Shown: piece after piece, positions 25,612-38,669 of the stretch
Layout of the letters: every line of letters starts with the position of its first letter
Position numbering within the stretch: the stretch's first letter is position 1
Assembly: GCF_001194135.2 (NCBI RefSeq)
Contig: NC_068989.1
Coordinates: forward strand, 69,216,382 to 69,280,381
From: Octopus bimaculoides
Lineage: Eukaryota
DNA length: 64,000 nucleotides
Direction of reading: 5' to 3'
The notes under the pieces: generated by a model
Databases searched by the model: none
Seen by the model: only the letters and a program-made list of their open reading frames with translations
What the model was told of the DNA's origin: nothing
Program-made: the position numbers and the translations under genes

Positions 25612-26559
25612 CACAAATATATACACATACACATATATATGCACACACACACACACACATATATATGTATGTATACGTGTGTACATTCACACACACACAT
25701 GTACTTATGTGTAGATATGTACGTGAGTGATTTTCTGGTTTTCTAGAGAAAAAAAATGAGGAAAACCCAATCTCCAATCCAGAAACAAGGCTCTTTCCTT
25801 GACATTCAGACAACACCAATGAGGCAGTTATGTATGTATTTGCACACACGTACATATGTGGATTCATACATGCATGTTATTACGTGTATAAATCTGTACG
25901 TATTTTCTCATATATGTGTATACATTCAATATGTTTGCATGTTTAATTTCTCGAATATTTTATATATTTTACTTTATAGTTCCATTAATGAGTTGTAATT
26001 GTAATTTTCTAATAAATCGTGTCCTATATGGTTTTGTGAAACTCAACTTCTCATCGTCAGTGCAAAGGCAGTTATTACATCTAATCGGCCTGTTAGGGTT
26101 AGGTTAAGGGTTAGGGTTAGCCGATTAGATGTAAACAAAACCCATGTGCTTCCAGTTAACGTTTTCTCACATCAAATCCCTTTCGCGATCTCTGGACCAC
26201 TGATTTGCAAATCCTTGGTGGGACTAAAATGTTATACCCGACTTAATCATCCAAGCTGAATAAACTGAAATAAACTAAATATGTTGTTGAATCCTTGTAC
26301 GTCGAAACTGACAGGAGAGTTCAACATGTGTGTGCGTGTGTGTGATTAAGTTTTGTTTCAAGATTTCTTGCCAATAAAAAAAGAGCCGGTTTCTAACCTA
26401 GATCCAACGCTCCTTCCCTGGAATTTCAACATCAACAGAGTATTTTTGTGTGTATGTATATGTGCATGTTCGTATGTTTTGCTTTATGTATGTATCCTCA
26501 TGCACATAGCTGCATATTTAGACATGCTCTTATATACTTAAATGGTAAACACCTGGAAA

Positions 26560-26831
26560 GTTTTACAGATTTTTGCAGTTCCAGTGATAGCTTGGACCTT
26601 TAATCTTCAAATCAGCATTCTCCTTTCTGGTTTTGAGAAGCCTAATTTCTCAAGATCAGGACTTTCAAATGGATACAATATACAAAAAATAGCACTACTA
26701 GGCACCGCACACATCCTATACAAAGCACTTACAATACAGTAAAAGTAACACTAAAACAAGCCACAGCACACACAAAGTACCCAGAGCTGCATTTGGTAGA
26801 ACAGTGGAAACACATAATAAAAATAAAACTA

Positions 26832-26902
<71 letters not shown>

Positions 26903-27245
26903 CAAAAACAATAATAATATAATAATAATAATAACATAATAATAATAGCAGGTGCCTTAGGTATAATATAATAATAATAGCAGGTGCCTTAGGTATAATA
27001 AAAAAATATTCAGACAAATACATAACAAAAACACCAGGACTTACAAATATATATAACATACAGAAAATTGCATTACTGGGCACTGCACACATCCTACGCA
27101 AAACACTTTCAATACAGTAACCATAAGAGCATCACAGCAAACCACAGCACATACCCAAGGCACACAGAGCTGCGCTCGGTAGTGAAGTGAAAGCACATTA
27201 TAAAAATAAAACTACTGAACAATGATAATAATAATAATAATAAAA
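26560..27245 (+). mobile_element. Two stacked 3' ends of an RLE-type (R4/Dong-like) non-LTR retrotransposon, each ending in (AAT)n
   Basis: Repeated C-terminus IQKIALLGTAHIL..LSIQ* (stops at about 26740 and 27120), related 3' UTRs and (AAT)n tails. Confidence 0.75.
26836..26945 (+). repeat. (AAT)n microsatellite
   Basis: About 20 perfect units plus a degenerate tail. Confidence 0.95.
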
Positions 27246-28870
27246 CCTCAAGATAAAATTCCTGCTAATTAAATTAGCATGTGCTAGCTTAATAATGGTG
27301 GTGGTGGTGGCGGCGGCAGTGGTGGAATTGAAAAGTTTAGTATACCAAAGCAGAACATTATCTATTCAAACATGATTCAACTTCCTTGAAAACAAACATC
27401 AGAAAAGAATCAAATGATATGTATAAATGGAATTTTATTTAAGCTTCATTAAGAACATAAATTTGAGGAACAGAATGTGACAGCATGAGGCAGTGTGAAT
27501 TTGGTTCTGACAGAATGAATTCATATCGTACACTTGAATCTCTATGGTGCTTGCCCCAGTTAGGAATATGATTTATTGGAAGAAAATATAGTTTCAGTAT
27601 ATTACCATTTAGGGAATGCCATTTTAAAAAATACAGCTGAACAAGAACAATAACAATGCTTTTGACATTAAATGGAAATAAAATTTAATGAATAATTAAA
27701 AACTAACTTCATTCAAGATTGGCCTTCTAATACTTCTAAGCTATTGATGATTCTCGCTTTGGGATATGAATTTTTATTGGCACCAAGTGTTAATTCTGGT
27801 TGTATATATGTATATATTTTTTTCTTTTGAGTTTTATTTGTAAACTGTATTTCATTGGTTCCATAACTGGCCAATCAAATGACAAAGAAACAGGAAATGG
27901 TGAAATTAATTCTTTTTGCACGGACTTCATCAATAAACCAATTGATACAGTGTTTTTATTTATATGTCCAGCATACCCTTTTGAAACCAACTTGTCTCAA
28001 ACTACCTTTGATTCTAATTTAGCCTTTTTGTTACATATGCTTATTAAACCATGGTTGCACATGTTCAGGCATTCTCTGTATTCCCTTGCTTTTTTTGCCA
28101 TTCACTGATATGGTGTCATTTTTTTCAAATCCAGTGTTAGTAAGATAGGACATTGTTAGATTTTACAACAAACCACATCAAGCAAAATGTATTTTGGCAC
28201 AAGCCCAGCAAGTTTAGGGGAGTGGGGTTAGTCAATCACATCAACCCCAGTATTGAACTAGTACTTATTTTACTAACCCCCCCAAAAGTACAAATGTCTT
28301 TGGTAGCATTTGAACTCAGAATGTAAAAATGGATGAAATGCCCCTAAGCATTTTGTCCAATGCAGTAACAATTCTACCAGCTTGCTAGTTTAACTTTTCT
28401 CGATATGTTAGCATAGTGAATTAGTGTTTGGAGCATAGCAATGTTATACATAAAATTATAATGGAAGATTTTGATTTAAAGATACACACTTTCAAATAAG
28501 TTTATTTGAATCTAAGGAATAATTATTATACACTGACAATGATGTATTTAGACTAGTGTCCTTATCTTGGTTGTTATTGTTACAGTCACAGCTCTTCAGC
28601 TGCTGTACTCTTTGACGGTCTTCTGGTGCCAATTTGTACATATTCAGTATCATCCTTGTAATGATCTTATGGTATGAGATCCATACTATCACAAGGAGAT
28701 TATTCTTGGTAAGAATAACAGAATGAGAACAAATCAACACTTCATCAAATCTACACTTGTAGATTTGATGAAGAGTTCAGTTAAAACTATTGAGAACATT
28801 ACTGAATATGACAAGCATTTTTGAATAAGAATGGCTGAAACATTGTGACTGTAACAGCTAAGATGAGGGT

Positions 28871-29277
28871 CAATGCTGGATTAACCATTAAGGCAAAGTA
28901 AGCATGTGCTTAGGGCATCAAAGGAAGTGGGGAATACCACAGAAATGGTAAATAGTTCACAGCGCAAAAGAAATCATTTTAAACTTGCTAAAATATAATA
29001 TTCAGGATGCCTTATCTTAACTAAGTACAGAAGCAGCTATGTTATGTAAGATAAATTTTGAGGATCTGATCAAAGACTTTGCAACTAATTAAAAAAAAAG
29101 TAGAAGAAAACTTTTGAAAAATAAATAAAGTGGAAGTATAAAAAAATTAATTTTTCATCTTACTGTTAGTTTTGTTTCATTGTGGTTTATTATTGTTTAT
29201 ATTTTGAATTACATACATATAGGGGCACCAAAATCTCTTGAGTGCTTAGGGCTTCTATGGGTCATAATCAGGCCTTG
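28871..29277. mobile_element. hAT-type MITE
   Basis: Degenerate TIRs, 8-bp TSD atgagggt/atgaggat (7/8 match) and subterminal repeat tgcttagggc. Confidence 0.6.
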
Positions 29278-30170
29278 ATGAGGATGTTACTTTGAACATA
29301 TTAGTGTATAATATGAGGTTTTGCATCATAGAACCAGAGGCAGTCTTTGATGGGTTGTGGGTATTGAAAGGATGAACGGGCTTTCTGTGTTGATTTGATT
29401 TTAGAAATTTTAAAGTTTTATATAGATCAGAAAATTTCTGTAAATGTTTGTTTCTTTAACAGTGACATTCATATTCATTCTTAATACGTTCCAACAGAAT
29501 GTAAAAATGGATGAAATACCACTAAGCATTTTGCCCAATGCAGTAACAATTCTACTTTAACTTTTCTCCTTTCTGACAATGTGCATTCACAAGACACTTA
29601 ACTCATTGAGGAAAGGGGAGTTTGAGACATCTTAATGTTTTAACCTAGTTCTATCTCTTTGTCTAGGGTACCCCCAGATCAATGAATTTAAACAGGGATT
29701 GTGGTTCTTGTTCATAGAAATCAGCAAATAAGTTATTTGTTGATGCATAATGATACCAGCCAAGCCAATAGTAAATCATTACATGCATGGGGAAAAGTGA
29801 AAATCAAAACAATGATGCACCTATTCATTCTCAACCTGTTGTGACAGATTTGAGCAGCAACATACTAATCACTGTTGTATATTTATTTTCAAAGAACAAC
29901 TTACCCTTTCAGACAATCCATATGTTTACAACATATTTGAGTCACTGTTTTCTTAAGCACACACCCCTTCTCTTAGTTTTACTTTCCTGGTGTTGCATTG
30001 CTGTGGTGCTCAATGTTATTTATCGAACAATGTTAGAGATAGTCATTCGCAGAAGCTAGACCATTGAAGTTTTATTAGTGATAGAATATTTAGCATGTCT
30101 CCACATCAAATTTTATTATTCAATTAGTATTCAAGCTGTAGCAAACCAAACTAGCTTAAGGTTTAGGTCT

Positions 30171-30202
<32 letters not shown>

Positions 30203-30636
30203 NNNNNNNNNNNNNNNNNNNNNNNNNNNNNNNNNNNNNNNNNNNNNNNNNNNNNNNNNNNNNNNNNNNNNNNNNNNNNNNNNNNNNNNNNNNNNNNNNN
30301 NNNNNNNNNNNNNNNNNNNNNNNNNNNNNNNNNNNNNNNNNNNNNNNNNNNNNNNNNNNNNNNNNNNNNNNNNNNNNNNNNNNNNNNNNNNNNNNNNNNN
30401 NNNNNNNNNNNNNNNNNNNNNNNNNNNNNNNNNNNNNNNNNNNNNNNNNNNNNNNNNNNNNNNNNNNNNNNNNNNNNNNNNNNNNNNNNNNNNNNNNNNN
30501 NNNNNNNNNNNNNNNNNNNNNNAAGGACACAGTAATTGTGTCAAGGCCGACAGGAAGCGGTCCAGCTTCCTAGGGCTAAACGGCAGTAGTGTGTTCCCTT
30601 ATTGGGATTGTCACATTAAGTTGACAATATACTACA

Positions 30637-30675
<39 letters not shown>

Positions 30676-32649
30676 CAGAGACTTTGTTGAAACTCTTGAA
30701 CACTTTAAATTACTACTACTACTGTTACTACAGACATTTAACACAAGGGTACTAAGTGTTATGGTCTACATTGAATTATATAGAACTATTGATCTTTCTT
30801 CCTCATCTAAATATTTCCTTATGATTATGTTGCATAGTTTGTTTTTTGGAACACATTAAGCTATTTGCTACAGCCTCCATTGAGTTTGTCCATTTCAAGA
30901 ACTAGAAAATTCACCATCAACTGGTTAGTATTTTTTCTAGTCTTTTAAAATGGATCTAATTAAAAACAGTACAGAGAAGTGACTTGTTCAGCAGAATTTA
31001 CCTTTGCTTATTAGGTTTTTTTTTTTTCTTTATTCTTTGGCAATTTTATGTTTAAACATATATAGATTTGTAGCTGTGTGGTTAGGAAGTTTGTTTCTCA
31101 GCCATGTGGTCTCAGGCTCAGTCTCACAGTGCAGCACCTTTGACAAGAATCTTCTACAGCCCCAGGTTAATCAAAGCCTTGTGATTGGATTTAGTAGACA
31201 GAAACTGAAAAAAGCCCATCATATGTATGTGTGCGCTTGACATCATGTAATGTTTGTTTCTAGTCTTCCATGGAAAACATGTCTGACTATGAGGAAATAT
31301 TACCTTGCTTGGAAATGAGGGTTGGCAACCGAAAGGACATCTGGCTGTGAAAAATCTGCCTCAACAAATCCCATCTGATCCATAACAACATGGAATGGTG
31401 GACATTAAATTGATGATGAAGATGATAATAATTTGTCATAAGTTGATTTATTATAAATAATTTTTCTGTTGATTAGAGTTAATTTCTTTACAAGTATTTT
31501 AATAAAGTTAACTTTTTTTTTTTTGACAAATTTGATTTTCTTTTGAAAATCCTCCTTTTGGTTCTAAATATTATTCAGCATACATGCTTTAACAGTGTGT
31601 GTGTGTACACCATACACCCAAAGCCTATAATTTGGCAGAGGGCTCTAATCATTTACATCAACCCCAGTATATATTTTACCAACCCTGAAATGATGAAAGG
31701 CAAAGTTGACCTCAATGGAGTTTAAATTTGTAACATAAAAAGCCAAAAGAAATGCCACTAAGCATTTTGTCTGATGTGCTAATGATTCTGCCTTAGTGAA
31801 TATACATATCATTATAATACCCACTTTTCTAAGATTGCATAGGGTCAGATGTAATTCATTGACGTTGATTTTATACAGCCTGATGCACTACCTCTAACCA
31901 CCTGCATCTGTTTCCAAGTAAACTAATATTTCTCTATGACTGGATGTGTTTTTGCAGAAGATTGGAAATGAAGGATGCCACTTGTATGAGAGTGACACTC
32001 GTTTAAAACTATCACATGATGTCAAAACTAGGACACACATAGACCTGCCCAAGGTGTCATGCAGTGGGACTGAACCTAAAACAATGAAGTTTGGAAATAA
32101 GCTTTTCAATCACACATAATATTGTTTTGATGGCAAAACATATGATGACAAACGTTAATAAGGTGGTCTCATAATTTATTCAACCTGCATGCATTATTTA
32201 GTCCCTGCCAGGTTTGGCTGAACAGACTCATACTAAAAAGTATTAAAACCAGGTTCATCCAGTCAATTTTTCCCAGATACCAAGTACTCAGAACTACATT
32301 ATCCAATTCCTGTTCTTTTTTTTTATCATATTTGAAGGTGGGGCACAGTGAGATTGATTTAAAAGTGATTTGGTTGCTGTTTGTTGAATATAGGTAAAGG
32401 CGTGGTCATGTGGTTGAGAAATTTATTCTCTGACTACATGATTTCAGGTTCAGTCTCACTGCATGGCACCTTGGTAATGTGTTTTCTACTGTAGCCCTGT
32501 GTTGACCAAAGCCTTGTAAATGGATTTGGTAGACAGAAAATGAAAGAATTGTATGTGTATGTATGTGCATGGCACAATCCTCAGGCTCACCAACTACTGT
32601 CCAACCCATGCCAGTATGAAAAACAGACATTAAATGATAATTATATATA

Positions 32650-32807
32650 CTGTGGTTGTGTGGTAGGAAGCTTGCTTTCCAACCACATGATTCTGGGTTC
32701 AGACCCACTCACTGCATGGCACCTTGGGCAAGTGTCTTCTACTATAGCCTCAGGCCAACCAAAGGCTTGTGAGTGGATTTGGTAGATGGAAATTGAAAGA
32801 AGCCCGT

Positions 32808-32840
<33 letters not shown>

Positions 32841-33040
32841 GTCTTTGTGTTAGTCCTCCCACCATTGCTTAACAACCAATTTTGGTATGTTTACATCCCT
32901 GTAAATTAGTGGTCCAGCAAAAGAAACTGATAGAATAATTACTTGGCTTACAAAGAATAAGTCTTGGGGTCAACTTCTTTGACAAAAAAATCCTTTAAGG
33001 CAGTGCTCCAGCAAGGCTGCAGTCAAATGATTGAAACAAA
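32650..33040 (+). mobile_element. SINE, same family, diverged
   Basis: Head-body-tail similarity. Further diverged copies near 3200, 3730, 12430, 31070, 32400, 50985-51340(-), 55560, 56960 and 58560. Confidence 0.75.
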
Positions 33041-33900
33041 TAAAAGAACATGTATATGTATGTGTCTCCTTGTCTTGACATCGTATGTCATTCATTTCCA
33101 ATATTCTGTGAATGCATATGGAGAAATATTACCATGCTTGGAAAAAAATTAAGGGTTGGTAACACAAAGGGCATCTGGCTGTAGAAAATTTGGCTCAATA
33201 AACTTCATCTGATCCATGAAAGCATGGGAAAGTAGACATTAAAATGAGGATGATGATGATGATGATGGTTGCTGCAAATCAATTGGCCATGTATAGGATT
33301 GCTTGTTGGCTTGTGTTGATCCTATGGGTAGTTTAGGGAAAATAAAACCATGTCATATATTTATTCTCAGGTAATAAATGACTGGATGTGGTCTTTGTCA
33401 ATTATCTTTTATTATTTAAGACTCTCTCTGACTTTGTGCCAAAATTTGAAACAATTATTAAAGACTCATGCTAAGCTGGGTCTACAAACCGGTTTTTAAA
33501 CTGGTTTGATGTCCTTGAAATAAAAGATGGAGGTCACAGTCTTTACCCTGCAAATGTAGGACTTTGTCAGTATTGTGTCAAATTTAAAAAAAGAAAAGAA
33601 AAGAAAACAGAGCAGCAGAGAGACAAAAGAGATACATTAGCGGACAGAATGTTTTAAACTACTGAAGTCAAATTCCACCAGGTTGGTATTCCTCCAGAAT
33701 CAAAGTAAGTAAAAATAGCTGGATTTAATCTACTATTTCCCCTCCTTTACAACTTTAGAACCATGTGATGATATTGATATTACAATGCCATGGCTAAGTT
33801 GTGCTTTCTTGGGAAAAAAAATGAAGACACTAGGTTTATACATCATATGATGATGTCAGTGACTATAATGTTACTTGTTATATAATGACAATGCCTTGAG

Positions 33901-36059
33901 CAGTGGTTCTCAACCTTTTCCTGGCCATCACCCACTAAAAGCTATTTTTGACACAAGCTAATTAATAATTGCCCACCAAAAAATGAATACAAAAATTAAA
34001 TATAATGTAATTTCAACTAATCAACACTAAAAAAAATTTTGTACATGGAAATGCAAAGGAAAAACAAATTAAAATAAAACTATTCTAAATTTAAATGTAG
34101 AAAAGGACGAACTAGTGTGAGCCCTGAGATTGGTGAGGTTCCACAAAAAATTCAACGTCAGTTTTAATGCTACTCAAACAGATACGAATATCTCCACATG
34201 AAATAATGTCAAATCTGTTTCTTTCCTTCGGCAAAATGTAATTGGCAGTACTAAATCCAGTTTCGACAAGATATGTCAGGAAACACAAAAGGATTTTTGA
34301 CATTTGTGACCACAAATTTGGATATAGAGATTTTACAGTGTCTGATTGCCAAAATTCAGAAAATCTTTCTTTTTTTAACTTAATTTTGAAATTCATCACT
34401 ACATTTTATCTTGATGACTTCCTCCGAGATATTTTCATGTGCACTGTGAGGATCACAACTGAATGGGTCAGTCATCCAGGGCTGAATAGCGAAGTTAAAT
34501 AAATTGGCAAATCTGGTTTCTAAATCATTTTACAAAGCAGACAGATGGTCACAATAAATATCAATGTCATTTTCAAATAAGTCGATTTCTGCTAGTTCGG
34601 ACATATGAAACTTAGTTTTAAATTAACTTGAAAAAGATTGAGTTTTTCAACAAAACCTCTCATCACTCGTTTACAGCCTATCAGCGTTATCATTTTTCCC
34701 TACAGCAGAAGAGAGACTACATTCAGCTTATGGAAAGTCCAACTAAGATATTGTATGTTCTTTTGAGCTTGAATTTCAGTGGCTAAGTCCGAGTGTCCTT
34801 CTGTTTGTAAGAACATAACTATTGTATTAAATAAATTTACAAATCTTTCCAAGCAGTTGCCTTTGGATAGCCAACGAACATTGGTATGCAAAAGAAGTCT
34901 TATATATTGTTTGTCAGAATCGACACAAAATTTTTGAAAAAGACAGTCACATTTACTGTTAGATTTAATTTTGTTTATCGATTTTATAACAGTGTTCAAT
35001 GACTGATTTAGAATAGGGCTTATATTTTTGGCCACGAGGTTATGCCTGTGTAGCACACAGTGTATAACTAGAATCTGGGGGCACAACTTTTTTAAATGCA
35101 AGATAAATCCGTTGTGTCTTCCAACCATAGACATTGCACCATCAGCTGCACCTGAAACTAAGTTTTCATAATATGGAATTTTTTTTGTCTTCCAAAAACG
35201 TTTTCCCTGTAGAAAATATAAAAGTGCCCATTGTGTCAGTCTCCAACAGTTTTACAAATAATAAATTTTCTTGTAATGCACAGTTTCTATCAAAATATCA
35301 CACATATCCCATTAAAAGTGCCTTATTGTCAATAACTGCTTTCATCAATTTGAATAGAAAAATTCATTGTTTTCAATCTTTGAATTAGTACGTTTTCTAT
35401 ATGACCTGACATTTCATCAATTCTCCTACGTACAGAAGCATTACTCAAAGGTAGAACTTTAATGATAGATGAAGAATCTTGATTCGTAACTTTTGATATT
35501 ACTGCTTCTACTGCAAGCATAATAATCTTTTCAGCTACCGTATGTGCACTACCTGTTTTTGCAATAATTTCTGCAATTTTGTAGGAAGCAATCAGTCCAC
35601 CATCATTAAATTTTGTCTGTTTCTTAAAATAATGATTTAACAGTGCTCTGATTTTTAAAATATTTGATAGTCTTACAGACTTTTTTGGGGTGTTTTCTTC
35701 TCATGTGGTCAGAGAGTCAAGAGGGCTTCCATTGGACAAAAGTTGATGACACACAAGACAATAGGGCAGCTTTGGTTCTGCAGAGTTCTTGATGAAACCA
35801 CATTGTAAGTACTTATCAATATACTGCCATAAAAAGTGGGTGAGAATGAATGCAAATTAGTAATCACTAAACTGACTATTATATCTGTGTCCGACAGTTA
35901 AAAGAGGGAACGTAAAATTCAGGCCTTGTTGTTATGATGGACTGGATGCATGATTGCCTGTTGTGAGTACAGTCACTGATTGAAGACTACATTCATTGCC
36001 CCGCCAAAATTTGATTTTTGGCCTCAAGGGGGCGATTCACCCCTGGCTGAGAACCACTG
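33901..36059 (-). mobile_element. hAT transposon (Charlie/Buster, ZBED5/ZBED8-like) with fragmented transposase
   Basis: TIRs cagtggttctcaacc and rc cagtggttctcagcc. Minus-strand ORF pieces carry DES, HCVLHRHNL, LLLHTNVRWLSKG and the dimerisation motif YLVETGFS. Stops and frameshifts present; 8-bp TSD degenerate (gccttgag/acttagag). Confidence 0.92.
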
Positions 36060-36064
36060 ACTTA

Positions 36065-36232
36065 GAGTATTACCCGTCATGTGACTGGTAACTTTGATAC
36101 TATACTTTTACCACCATGGGTAATTTGATAAAATTATAACTATTGTATGCATGTATGTCATATTTCCCGATATTACCCATGGTGATAAAAGTATACTTAA
36201 CAAAGTTACCTATCATATAATGGGTAGCACTC
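36065..36232. repeat. Imperfect inverted repeat, about 60-bp arms
   Basis: ggtaactttg..tatactttta.caccatgggtaat versus its reverse complement; about 47-nt spacer. Confidence 0.85.
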
Positions 36233-38467
36233 ATGTATTAATATTACTGTAGCAATATAAGGTGGTGAGCTGGCAGAAGCATTAGCATTCAGGGTGAAAA
36301 GCTTAGCAGCATTTTGTTCATTTTTCTGTTCTGAGTTCAAATTCTGTCAAGGTAAACTTTGCCATTTATTCTTTTGGGGTCGATAAAATAAGTAGTAGTC
36401 GAATACTGGGGAGGTAGGGTTGATGTAATCAATACTGGCCTTGTTTCAAAATTTGAAACTAATATTATTATAGCAATTTATAGTGATACATTAATTTTGA
36501 ATAGTTTGCTATAGTTTAAGTTAGCAACCACCCTAGTGATTAATGTTAAAAACCAAAATAAAAAACTTTAAAAAAAAAAAAACAATTTACACTGCTTACA
36601 AACATCTTATTTGAAAAGCATCTAAGGAAAATCATTACAGTAATTACTAACTATTGCAGAGCCTTTTTCAGCAAATTACTGCCATTTACTCCCACCTTTG
36701 TCCTCTGTAGCTATAATTCTTTCTTTCTCCCTGTGTGTGTGTGTGTGTGTGTGTAAAATTCCTTCACTCATTGTCTGCTACCAAGCTTAGAATGTGCACT
36801 CATCCAGCATCTTTGATGTTAACTGTGTCTTTTACTCTCTTTCTAAACTCTCTATAATACGTAAAGTTTGTTGGAGAAATCAATCAACATTTATATTGGT
36901 ACTTGCTAGAGCTTATTCAAATCTATAAAACTAAAGCCTTCTGTCTGCATAACACAGAAAAAAAAAAAAAAGGAAAACAACCTCTTGTTTGACCTGGTTT
37001 GTTTTACTTCATCAAATTTAAAAGTTGTTTGAAAATAAATTTTAAAAAAAAGTATTTAATTGCTTATCTCATTGTACAAATAACAAAACTCCAGCCAATG
37101 ACAGAGCCCCTATATGGTCAGTTGATCATCTAGAAATGGCAGCCAAATCTCTCAGAAATAATAGCCTTATATCTTGTGAAAGTTAGGACACACTGGAAAA
37201 ATCAGGTAAATTTTGCTGTTGATAAGAGTGAAAAGAAATGTTAAGTTTCTGAGAAATGTGCTTTGAAAGAGGAGTAGTAATGTGATCGAATGGCTGGTTG
37301 AGGAGTGAGAGAGAAATGAATAGGTTAAAAAGTAGAAGAGAGAGTAGCTGAGGTGATTGCAGTGAATGAGAGATGGAGAGACTGAGGTGTGGGTAGTAAT
37401 GGTAGGAAGGCTGAGAGGTAGTGTGAGAGAGGAGATACAGGTGAAGATAGATGTGGTGAGAGGAAAGGCTGGCAATGTAGTGTGAGTTAAGTGATAGTTT
37501 TTGAGTAGTGTTTGGATTATATAGATATGCTTATATATTGCACTTTGCTGTGATACTGACTAGTTCAAAAAATTTAATAGACATGTCTTTTATTTTGGCT
37601 TCAAAGTATTTCGTAGAATTTACAGTCAGGGATCATGACATGACAAAAGCTACTAGTGATGAATGCCATCTCCTCCATGGACACTGACCCCACCTCCCCC
37701 ACTAGCCCAAAGACTGAACTCGAGAATAAACTTCTGTAGCCATGTCTAGCCTCTAACAATATCTCAGAAAGAAACCAGAGTTCAGCTCTGTATGAAATAT
37801 CTTGAGAGCAACCTTTCTCCAATTGACATAGGAATCCTTTCAGTTGAAAACTTCCTTCCTGGCTCAGAAGTACCATGGATTCAATGGAAGACACTTGACT
37901 GAATGAGAATAGGATGATCAAAAAATGCTTTGGTTAGATGGGGTTCCAAGATCTGCCAAACCACTTAATGTGGAGAAGCAAATAAATACTATGGAACACT
38001 ACCTTGTCTTCCCTCTACTACCCAATTATTACAACACAAAATACCTTGCAGAGTTCAATAAAAATTCAAAGAACTGTAAAAAATGGGAACCTGTCATATA
38101 ATCATTACACTTCAAAGAATCAAAAGAATAAACAAGTCAACTGATAAAGAAATTTGTTTAAAAAAAATAATGAATGCTGATCGCTTGTTTTTGTCATTGG
38201 AGAACATTTCCTTCCTTTAGACAATGTGTGTTCATATCACGATTCATTGATGTAAAGGACTTTGAGGCACTTCTGTGTTTCAACCTTTTTCTATGTCTCA
38301 TCAGTCAAAGCTATCTCAAAACCAATGAATCAAACAAGGCTACTGGCTCTTGCTTATATAAACAAATTACTTGCTGATGCACATTGATGTCTGCCAAACT
38401 AACAATAATTCACAATGTGCATGCAGAACAGAGATCCAAGCAATAACATCTATTCATCCTGAATACA

Positions 38468-38669
38468 TTCTGGCAGTTTAAAATGTGAATATGCTGACTG
38501 TTATTGTATTTCATCATCAGAGAACATCTCTTCTCTTAGGACGATGTGTGTTCATAGTACATACCATTCATTGATGTAAAGTGGGGAAACACATATCATC
38601 TAGAGGGAGATGTTCTCTGATGATGAAATACAACAGTGATTGACATATTCACCTTTGAATCTACCAGAA
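38468..38669. repeat. Imperfect inverted repeat, about 85-bp arms
   Basis: 26-bp perfect core tgtatttcatcatcagagaacatctc (38505-38530) pairs with 38607-38632. Confidence 0.88.
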
